This document shows positions 8,135 through 16,649 of a DNA stretch of 16,649 bases, one piece after another. The notes below the pieces were generated by a model that saw only the letters and a program-made list of their open reading frames with translations, was not told the DNA's origin and made no database searches. Location of the stretch: NCBI GenBank assembly GCA_963765895.1, contig CAVXZB010000072.1, positions 1 through 16,649 on the forward strand, in the 5' to 3' direction. Each line of letters begins with the position of its first letter. Within the stretch, counting starts at the first letter, position 1. This stretch comes from an uncultured Nitrososphaeraceae archaeon (GTDB lineage: Archaea; Thermoproteota; Nitrososphaeria; Nitrososphaerales; Nitrososphaeraceae). The position numbers were made by a program, and so were the translations under genes.

Positions 8135-8755
8135 TAGACATTGCGTGCATCTTAATGACAGTTGGTAGTTTTTCTTCTATAGCTTCATCAAATCTTTTGT
8201 TAGGATACTCCTGACGCTCTCTTCTGATTCTAGTTCCTTCAGATTTAGATCTTTTGTATATATTCGAAACAGGGCATTTTGTCCATCTTCCCATGTGACT
8301 TCGAATTCCTTACCTGTGTATTCATTGGGAGAATCATAACCAAAATGCCACATGGTTACAATCCAAGTATCATGATCTGGAATGGATGATGATGACAATG
8401 ACAGTGATGGGGGCGCGCATTCTATATATCGTAGTAGTCGCTCCTCTACACGAGTTAATGCGTTAGAAAGTCGGACTAGGCCTTTGAGATCTGCGGCTAC
8501 AGGATTTAGAGAACATGCAACTATGACGCTAACAGTATCTGTATGATGTATAGTAGTCTTAATGGTAAGGTCATGGGTTACAATGGGTTCAAGAGAGATA
8601 TCCTTACTAACTTCATTCGGTCTTAATTCTGGATGATTAGTTGACATGACAGTCCAGATATTATCAACTCTAAATCTAAATCGTATGTCATGTAAGGCAT
8701 GTTTGTCTGCTGGTAGACTATCGATAAATGACACTGATGACACAGAAGAGACCAT
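8124..8755 (-). CDS. Hypothetical mobile-element protein, possibly replication-initiator-like; frameshift near 8245
   Basis: ORF 8177-8755 (LHDIRF, WIVTMWHFGYDS, FRIYTKD). An alternative frame gives EGTRIRRERQEYPNKRFDEAIEEKL...stop at 8124, overlapping the SWIM start. Function is inference. Confidence 0.55.
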
Positions 8756-8913
8756 AGTACAATTGATTTGAAAGCCAGCAATATTCAGTTATAGTTAAGA
8801 GTAATGCGGAATGTACCTTAATCATATTTACTCGTTTCATATCATAACAGGATTTTACAAATTACAGTTAGGTTCTACTAAAACATATCAATATAATCAA
8901 GCAAATAATTATT

Positions 8914-9135
8914 ATGAAAAAAGAAAAAAACTGTGAAAGGCTTAGGCTATTTGTAATAGCTGCTGCGATTCTGGCAGTTAGTAGCATTGCTATCGTGGGA
9001 GCAGAGCCAGGAGCTAGCGCGCACACAGACCAACCATTAGCACTTGCACAGCGGGCTTGCGTCGTATACCAAACTTATCCTTCTACAGCTGACTGTTCAT
9101 TGACTATAGGCTCAAGTACATTCAAAATGGTCTAA
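8914..9135 (+). CDS. Small secreted or membrane-anchored protein
   Basis: Basic N-terminus, hydrophobic segment LFVIAAAILAVSSIAIVGA, ASA-like cleavage site and two Cys. AT-rich upstream region and downstream T-run. Confidence 0.6.
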   Translation: MKKEKNCERLRLFVIAAAILAVSSIAIVGAEPGASAHTDQPLALAQRACVVYQTYPSTADCSLTIGSSTFKMV

Positions 9136-9162
9136 CAAAGTTTAGTTCTAACGTTAGCACCT

Positions 9163-9169
9163 TTTTTTT
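9163..9169 (+). terminator. Oligo-T archaeal terminator
   Basis: T7 run about 28 nt after the stop of 8914-9135. Confidence 0.35.
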
Positions 9170-9436
9170 GTCAATACATAAACAATAATCGTAATATTTC
9201 GAAATCCCTATTCAATTTCTAATCTATGGATATAGAAATATTGCACCTTTTTACTAAATTTAGATAGACCTAGTCCCTAATCTTAGTGAAACATTACAAG
9301 AATCCTGACGTAGCTCCAATACTATGATGCTTCAATATCACTTGGTTTTCACATTCAAAGTTGCACATCAAACTTTCATTAGTGTATAGCTCTCATCATC
9401 GTGAGATCTATATCTTTGCAACATACCTAATCTCGA

Positions 9437-9730
9437 TCACAAATTCCCAAGTATCGTAGCAGTTTCCTCAGCTGTAAATGCCTTGAGAGTCATAGTCGTA
9501 GAACTGCCGTGCTGGCTTCTAAATGATAGTAGACTTGACATAATTGTTGCATCATCAGGAGCCTCTACAATGGATACACCATCATATTGTCCCAATGTAA
9601 AGTATGTGTCGACCAACTTCCCTCCTGCTTTCTCTATACTGTTTTTAAAAGTTTCAGAACGTTTTGGAGAATCCTTCACAGTCCTTATTCCTTGTTCAGT
9701 GAACTTCCATAGAATAATGAAGTGAGCCAT
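9437..9730 (-). CDS. GYD domain-containing protein
   Basis: FTEQGIRTVKDSPKR...GGKL...YFTLGQYD...EAPD...TLKAF; 97 aa is typical for the family. Confidence 0.9.
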   Translation of the reverse strand: MAHFIILWKFTEQGIRTVKDSPKRSETFKNSIEKAGGKLVDTYFTLGQYDGVSIVEAPDDATIMSSLLSFRSQHGSSTTMTLKAFTAEETATILGNL

Positions 9731-9992
9731 CTTTCTTTTTGGAAATCATTGTCAATATAATATATACATACCTATCTTAGTGCTGTATTCAACGATGGTA
9801 TAAGGTTTGTATTATGCAACAGGTCTAAAGTGAAGCTAGAGCGCGAGCGAGCACCATCAACATATATGCGCTAAAAGAAATATTTGCTATTTCTCTCATC
9901 CGGATTCATAGGTCACTAAACTATGGATAGAGTCTAGTTGCAAATCCAATCCACTTCAGACGAAGATTTCACTCCTAATTCCATACGTGATT

Positions 9993-10856
9993 TCAGTATG
10001 CCAAAGATGGAAGAAATGGCGTCAGTGGTTCTTGATAAGGACCAATAGTCATGAGATTTGCAGGCCAACCAATATTAAAGCCGTTTCCGAGTAACCATTT
10101 AATTATTGCATGATCCCGGCCAGGAACAAAGAATCCGGGACCAAGAATTGTAGATGCATTACAAATCAATGCCTTTAGGACCTCCTTTGATTTAGCAACC
10201 GCGTGGCAAAGCATACCTATACCTGCTGCATAGCCTGTAACTACACCGTCTTGTTCTATCATAACTGCTACCCCTTGGTCAATTGCCTGACGTAATTCCA
10301 TATCCCGTGAAAATCCATATGCTGACTTGCAAAGATTGTTGCACTTAGAAATATCATTATCATTTAGAACTAGGCGTGCACTACGAATATTATCACATTT
10401 TAGTGGTTGCCCTTGCATCAAAAATAAAGGCTCACGTAGAATGAACCCGCACTTTGTATACAATACGAAGGAACGAATATGACTTGGCGATTGTACCAAT
10501 CTAATCTGGTCATGGTTATGTTTATGAGCCTGAATTAGAGCAGCGTCCATTAATATCCTACCTATACCGCCACCCTCCGCAGTAGGATGGACTGTAAGCG
10601 GGCCTATCACTGCCACAGGCGAAGGTGGAAATTCATGGAGGAATACACTTCCCAATATCTTGCCATGTCGCTCTGCTAGAACACCCCATGAATTTGGATT
10701 ACCAAGAAGCATTCTGATAAGCCCTATACCAAACTCTTCAGAAGGCTGCTCGGAGGGATAACCATGAGCCGAAGAAATAGTCTTGTGTGCTTCGTATCCA
10801 ATCTTGCCGCAGCTCTCTACATCATTCCGTTCGATGGGCCGGATAGTTAAACTCAT
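9993..10856 (-). CDS. GNAT-family N-acetyltransferase
   Basis: IRP start, IGPLTVHPTAEGGGIGRILM acetyl-CoA motif A, LYTKCGF, and a second C-terminal domain. Confidence 0.88.
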   Translation of the reverse strand: MSLTIRPIERNDVESCGKIGYEAHKTISSAHGYPSEQPSEEFGIGLIRMLLGNPNSWGVLAERHGKILGSVFLHEFPPSPVAVIGPLTVHPTAEGGGIGRILMDAALIQAHKHNHDQIRLVQSPSHIRSFVLYTKCGFILREPLFLMQGQPLKCDNIRSARLVLNDNDISKCNNLCKSAYGFSRDMELRQAIDQGVAVMIEQDGVVTGYAAGIGMLCHAVAKSKEVLKALICNASTILGPGFFVPGRDHAIIKWLLGNGFNIGWPANLMTIGPYQEPLTPFLPSLAY

Positions 10857-11037
10857 TTACAAATTGCTAGCAATTGAATCCTAATATTAAAAGTAATTTG
10901 AAAACGACTAACTTTCAATATGCTTATCTTGCATCTGATAGAATGTCAGATATGATCTCGCACCCTCGGCTTCACCCTTTGCGGTTCCATCGCTAAAAAG
11001 AGGGTAAACTCAAGATGATAATGGAAGTGTCCCAAAG

Positions 11038-11321
11038 ATGAACAAATGAAAATGGAGCGTCCATATCTTAGCTGAAACACATTGAACTGTGGAAAGACTT
11101 TAGATATGCTCTAAGGAAAGAGAGTGCAGTTCCCTTTAATAAGATGCTTTCTGAATGTGGACAAAATAAAGACTATCTTAGTGGTTTCTAGGGCCTCAAA
11201 GGTCAAATACTATTCAGCTGAATTGTTATTTATGCTCTGGGCATTGGAGGAGCAAAAGATGATAAATGAATTGGTTGAGAGGAGTGAACGAGGCTTTTTT
11301 CCCATCATTTCTAATGCATGA
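11038..11321 (+). pseudogene. Frameshifted second homologue of the small helical PolB2-associated protein family
   Basis: The frame from 11081 reads IELWKDFRYALRKESAVPFNKMLSECGQNKDYL, then shifts into YSAELLFMLWALEEQKMINEL. This matches the 'W..FR.ALR.E....F..M...E.LFM...LEQQK.I' pattern. Start uncertain. Confidence 0.55.
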
Positions 11322-11821
11322 GTGTGCTAATTGGGGCGCGCCTTTCTATTTACATGCATATTTTTATCATGTTAGCAAGACCCCCAGTCTATACATTTGA
11401 TTTCTCAATCGAAGAAAACGTTTTAACGGACATTCATAACGTTATTAGAAGGCACTATTTCCAAAATAACTGGATTTGTATTTAGAAATATTATAGACTG
11501 CTTATTGGTAATAGAGGAAATGCTAGTTCGTCTGTTTGATTCAGTGGAAATGCTGCTTTCAAATGGTAGCAACTCCCAGGCGTGGAGCCACTTGCAATAT
11601 TCATCCTATCGTTAGTCCATTCCCTAAAAATATATTATTCGATTATGACTTGTAATTTCAGATATTGTATAACTTCATCCAAAAAGCAATATGATATTAG
11701 CATATAAGTGAGATTAAACCGGCATGGTTTTAGATAAGATTGTGAAGCTTTTATGGCTATTTAATTTATAGTCTTTGCATATACTGCTAATCAGTTAATA
11801 CAACATTAAAAATTGTGATAA

Positions 11822-12922
11822 TTACTGAAGGATCTGAAACAAATTCCTTTTACTACTAGTTCTGTTAAGCTTTCCTATTATTGGAATAGGATAGCCACAA
11901 TTGTTACAACAGTTATTATTATCTAAGTTCCATGAACCTATGTTATATCCATAACGTTCTATGGCAATGCTTTCGCATTCAGGACAATAAGTATGTTCTA
12001 ATGGATGACCAGGAACGTTACCAACATAGGCATATTTCAATCCCTCTTTTTTTGCAATAGCATGATGCTTCTCCAAAGTTTCAATAGGAGTCATACCAAA
12101 CTCCATCATCTTGTAATCAGGATGGAACCTCAGGAAATGAATTGGAGTATCAGGTCCTAGTTCATCATATACAAATTTACACAGCTTTCTTGCAGTTTCC
12201 AGGTCATCACCTACTTGTGGAACTATTAGATCTGTAATTTCTGTATGAATGGATGTCTTATCCCTTATCTCTTTTAATGTTTGGAAAATTGGATTCGATG
12301 ACGGAATTCCTATGTATTGTCTTACAAACTCTTGTTTACCGCTACCTTTAAAATCAACCGTTATACAATCCAAAAACTTGCCCATCATAGAAACAGAGTC
12401 TGGCGTATCATACCCATTTGAAACAAAGACATTAAAGATACCCTTCTTATGGGCTTCAATTCCACAGTCTTTTGCAAATTCAATAAAAATAGAAGGTTCA
12501 TTGTATGTATATGCAATTCCATGAGCACCCTGATTTACGGCCATATCTACGACTTCTTTTGGTGTCATTTCAACACCTTCTATCTTACGTCGCTGAGAAA
12601 TATCATAGTTTTGACAGTATTTGCATAGCCAATTGCAGCCTGTTGTTGCGATAGAATAAATTGCTGTACCTGGTCTGTAATGTGTCACAGGCTTTTTCTC
12701 TATCGGATCGATATGGCCTGTAATAACCCTGCCATACACATACAAATACAGACTGTTATTTGTAACTCCTCTAATACCACACAAACCTATTTTACCTTCT
12801 GGGATTTCACACAGTCTGGCACAGGCAGTACATCTTATCCTGCCGTTTGGAAGTTTAACTTGGAGTTCAGCTTCCTTACCAATTACTTCGCTATTATTGC
12901 TATGTTGCATATTAAGTAACAT
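11822..12922 (-). CDS. amrS: AmmeMemoRadiSam-system radical SAM enzyme (PflX-like)
   Basis: N-terminal CTACARLC...GLC, DPIEKKP, GCNWLCKYCQNYDISQ (CxxxCxxC), AYTYNEP, HFLRFHPDY, YVGNVPG..TYCPEC, C-terminal Cys cluster. Confidence 0.9.
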   Translation of the reverse strand: MLLNMQHSNNSEVIGKEAELQVKLPNGRIRCTACARLCEIPEGKIGLCGIRGVTNNSLYLYVYGRVITGHIDPIEKKPVTHYRPGTAIYSIATTGCNWLCKYCQNYDISQRRKIEGVEMTPKEVVDMAVNQGAHGIAYTYNEPSIFIEFAKDCGIEAHKKGIFNVFVSNGYDTPDSVSMMGKFLDCITVDFKGSGKQEFVRQYIGIPSSNPIFQTLKEIRDKTSIHTEITDLIVPQVGDDLETARKLCKFVYDELGPDTPIHFLRFHPDYKMMEFGMTPIETLEKHHAIAKKEGLKYAYVGNVPGHPLEHTYCPECESIAIERYGYNIGSWNLDNNNCCNNCGYPIPIIGKLNRTSSKRNLFQILQ

Positions 12923-13334
12923 AGCTGTAACAAGATATAAAATTTGTATTATTTATGCTATATGAATATATGGTAATTATAAAAGTTGGCGATATTATAT
13001 TCTAGCAATTCTGATAGCATTCTAAAGCCAAGTGTCACTTGTTTGAGACACTAGATTATTATTATTATTTAACTATAGCAACACACACAATGTGATAGAG
13101 TATTATTGGGATCTAGATCAACGTGTTCCACTAGAAAGGTAGAAGTTACCTGGTGAAGAGGGCCTTGCATCCCACTGTGAGCGAGTGAGCAAGTTAATGA
13201 TGAAACATATTCTTACGAGTTTGAGCAACCAAGCGATGTGGGCTTATTGGGTGATTTAGGTATAGACGGTGCAGCCCTTATGCGTTAGACATATAGTTAG
13301 ACAGTCTTTAAAAACTAGCATTATTTCTATACTT

Positions 13335-14531
13335 ATGATGACTGCAAAGCAAGCCTTAATCTTGGGAGCAGGTTTCGGGGGATTAACGGCGGCCAACTTA
13401 TTACGAAAGAATCTTTCACAGGAAGAATGTCAAATTACTGTTATTGACAAAAACCAGCATTTTATGATGGGACTTGTAAATTTATGGATACTGAGTGGAA
13501 GCAGAAAATTGGAGAATTCTCAAGTCGCTTTGAATAAGATGGAAGCTAAAGGAATTAAATTTTTGAATGACGAAATAACAAGCATAGATCCATCCAAAAA
13601 TAGTGTTACTACTAAAACCAACCAGAATAAACTGGAATACGATTATTTGTTAGTAGCATTAGGTGCAGAACTTGCGCCAAGACAAATCAATGGCTTTGGA
13701 GATAACGATGAAAGTTGTTTTAACGTATATGATCCCAGCAAATTCCAAGCCTACGAGAAAAATATACTCTCTCTAAAAAGGGGCCGTATAGTAATCTGTA
13801 TAGCTGATATTCCATACAAATGTCCCACCAGCACCTTATGAAGTGTCATTATTGATCAACGATATCTTAACCAGAAATGGAACAAGAGAGTCCATTGATT
13901 TGAACATATATGTACCAACACCAATTGCATTACCTGTAGCTGGAGCAAAAGTTAGTCAAGACGTTGTCGACGTTGCTTAATGACAACCATATCGAATTCC
14001 ATCCATTGCATAAACTAAAAAGAGTATTGGATAAGAAAACAATAGAGTTTGAAAATGGCAATAAGACAAGTTATGAACTGCTGATACTAGTTCCTCCTCA
14101 TCAAGTTCCTCAAGTCATCAAGAATTCTGGCCTACTGGAAGGAGCAGATCAGCGTTGGATTAATGTTGATAGGTTTACTTTTAGAACAAAATACAAAAAT
14201 ATCTTTGCAATAGGTGATGTGACGGAGATTAGAGTTGACAAAGCCATGACTGTCCCCAAAGCTGGAATATTTGCAGAGGGTGAAGCAAAGGCAGTAAGCC
14301 AGCAAATCATTAATGAAATCAAAAATGACAATGGTGATAAAGAACACACTAAATTCGATGGAAGAGGATTTTGCTTTATGGAAGTCGGAAATAAAAAAGC
14401 GGGATATATCGATGTCGATCTCTATAATAAAGACTGGTCCTACCACTAGGCTTGACCCACCGTCAGACGAGTTCTATCAAAAGAAACTTGATTTTGAAAG
14501 AAGCAGATTAAACGAATGGTTGATACAATAA
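13335..14531 (+). CDS. FAD/NAD(P)-dependent oxidoreductase, sulfide:quinone oxidoreductase/FCSD-like; several frameshifts
   Basis: ILGAGFGG Rossmann motif, YDYLLVALG, YKCP(PAPYE) after the shift near 13827, FAIGDVT, PKAGIFAEGEA, GFCFMEVG. C-terminus KKLDFERSRLNEW lies in ORF 14313-14531. Confidence 0.85.
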
Positions 14532-14938
14532 TGATATTTATTAGCTAAAATTACTTAAGGAGACTTTGATATCGTGTTTTTCCAGTGTGTGAAGTAACTT
14601 CACAGTTCTAGCCATGTTTGAAACATCTATCTTATATCGTTCTAGTACCTCAGGTCGGCGGCGTTTATCAGGTCGACGAATGATGCTACATGTCAGGAAG
14701 GAAAATAATGACTCTAAGATGATGCTAAATAATCCAGATAACCACACTAACAGGCAGTTCGGTAATCATTATTCATGGCTTTGGAATCTTATGGATTCTT
14801 CAGCTAGATTCTGAATATGTTCTTGGATAAGCAAGACCCTCTCTCCCTTTACCTTAAGTGCTCTGCTCTATTTATCTTGATTAGATTTTTCAGCTATTGA
14901 AAGAGGGATTTATTCAGAAATCTAGGAATGTCTAAGTA

Positions 14939-16531
14939 ATGCATGATTCTCACACTGAAGAAGTTATTCTCGCACAATCTTCTGCAATATCTAAACTAAA
15001 GTTCCCATTTCATCTGAAAGGACATCAGCTTGAAGCAGTAGATGCATGGATTTCAAGTGGCTTGCGGGGTTCCAGATATACAGCAGCGGAACTGGTAAAA
15101 CAGAGATAGCATTTGAATGTGCGAGAAGAGCAGCAGACATTATCTCAGTTCCTACTTCTTCTCCTTCTGACTCTCCCATGACTATCCTCTTTTTAGTTCC
15201 ACGCATAGTCTTAATTGCCCAGTATCTCAAAAGGTTGTTAAACTATGGCATACCAGATTCTAAGATAGGGGTATACTTTGGGGAACGAAAAGAGATAAGG
15301 GAAATAACAATAAGCACGTATCAAAGTGTAATCTATAACCCTGGCCTTGTACAAGATTGGAGATTATAATCTTTGATGAGGTGCATCTTGTGAGTGACAC
15401 ATCCAGAGTGCTTAGAAAAGTATTTGATATAGCTGTGGAAGACTCTAGTAAGGCCCTTCTAGGCCTCACTGCAACAATAGATGAGCATATCCAAGATACA
15501 AATACAATCATCACAATTCTACCTCCTGTTAAAAAATACATGCTAAAAGAGGCTATAAAAGAAGGCAGACTAACAAAGCCGGTTGTTATTCCTATGCAGG
15601 TAAAGTTTACGGACGAAGAGCAGGAACTTTATGATACATACTCTACAAAAATTAGGAATATCTCTTCACGCTTCAAAAGGTATGATGCAACATCGATGTC
15701 CCTACTTTTAAGAAAAGGTGGGTTTGTAGGAGGACTAGCTAGTGCATGGTTCCTGAATATAAGAAAGAGAAGAGTCTTGTTAAGTTGTGCTGAAAACAAA
15801 ATATCTGAAGCAGTAAATCTGATAGCGAAAAAACATCCAAGTCAGAAGATCATGATCTCAGTGAAACACTTGACTCTATCAACAAGCTGAAGACCAGTTT
15901 GGAAGGTGAAGGAACAAAATCTATGGTAATAGACAGGTACGATTAATTCCATAAAAAGACAGAAAATTCTTTCATCTTGGGGTAAAGACTTCCATGCTTT
16001 GTTATCAGTACATACTCTAGAGATAGGCTATGATGTTCCTGAAGTAGGAATAGAGATAATTTTAGCTACTACCTCAAATATGAATCAAGTGATTCAAAGA
16101 ATAGGAAGAGTAGTCAGAGTATATCAGGGAAAGCGTAGAGCATTGATTTATGTAGTGTATATCTCAGAAACTAGAGATGATAGAACTTTGCAAATATTTA
16201 GAGAGGCGATCAAATTTGGTGGAAGAACGACTGTGACTGACGAAGTAGAAGGCGGAACAGGGGAAGAAGAAAAAAGGCGCATAAAGCAAGCTTATAACAT
16301 ACTGGAAGTAAATTCATATGAATCAGTAATTGTAGAAACTGACCGAGAACAAAAATTATATCAAATAAGAACAGTAAAGACAAGAACAAATACTACGAGG
16401 TAAATGCAGAAGCAAAAACATGTACTTGTCAGGAATTTAACTTTAGAGGTTTAAAATGCAAGCATATCACAGCAACAGAAATAATAAAGTCCAGACCAGA
16501 TGTTCCTCACTTTATGTCTGAATGGAATTAG
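14939..16531 (+). CDS. SF2 helicase (XPB/Rad25-like) with C-terminal SWIM zinc finger; about five frameshifts
   Basis: ATG14939 frame gives LKGHQLEAVDAW (Q motif). Then SSGTGKT, STYQS, DEVH, GLTAT, LEIGYDVP, QRIGRVVR. The frame from 16391 gives YYEVNAEAKTCTCQEFNFRGLKCKHITA to TAG16531. Confidence 0.85.
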
Positions 16532-16649
16532 TCTGTCGTTCACATCGACTAATTACTACTATCTATAGATATCAGTCTATAGAATAGCCACTTCTAAGTT
16601 CACCAGTCATGATAGTTTAATCTATCAATAGGATCAACTAGTTATGAAT

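Noticed and set aside
10974-11005. Imperfect hairpin ACCCTTTGCG...CGCTAAAAAGAGGGT
   Set aside because: Weak, bulged stem with no recognisable RNA family.
9839-13190. Similar GAGCGAG(C/T)GAGCA-type motifs near 9840 and 13178
   Set aside because: The similarity is short and low-complexity, with no extended repeat or inverted ends to support a MITE.
14541-14814. Overlapping short ORFs 14541-14747 (-) and 14614-14814 (+), possibly a gene remnant
   Set aside because: No family recognised, and nearby stops prevent a supported call.
7807-15541. Alternative or antisense ORFs at 7807, 9483, 12249, 12680, 14132, 14149, 14991 and 15260
   Set aside because: They overlap stronger genes and have no recognisable features.
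1-16649. CRISPR array, tRNA or rRNA
   Set aside because: No regularly spaced repeats or recognisable structural RNA motifs found by eye.

Overview
AT-rich archaeal DNA. Gene content and protein style suggest Nitrososphaeraceae (Thaumarchaeota); this is inferred from recalled families, not from a search. The main feature is a tightly packed minus-strand five-gene cassette (7358->1079): RadA-family recombinase; a 614-aa RPA-like OB-fold/Zn-finger protein whose second OB fold appears interrupted by an Argonaute-like L1-PAZ insert with no MID/PIWI; a Walker-degenerate RecA-fold protein; a small helical PolB2-associated protein; and a PolB2-like family B polymerase. It looks like an expanded damage-tolerance or recombination module with an unexpected Argonaute-derived domain. 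Probable mobile-element remnants flank it (ATPase C-terminal fragment, SWIM protein, Rep-like protein). The right half holds a small secreted protein, GYD and GNAT proteins, a broken second copy of the small helical protein, an AmmeMemoRadiSam radical SAM enzyme, an SQR/FCSD-like flavoprotein and an XPB/Rad25-like helicase with a C-terminal SWIM finger. Many single-base frameshifts occur in unrelated genes and are more likely long-read errors than true pseudogenes.
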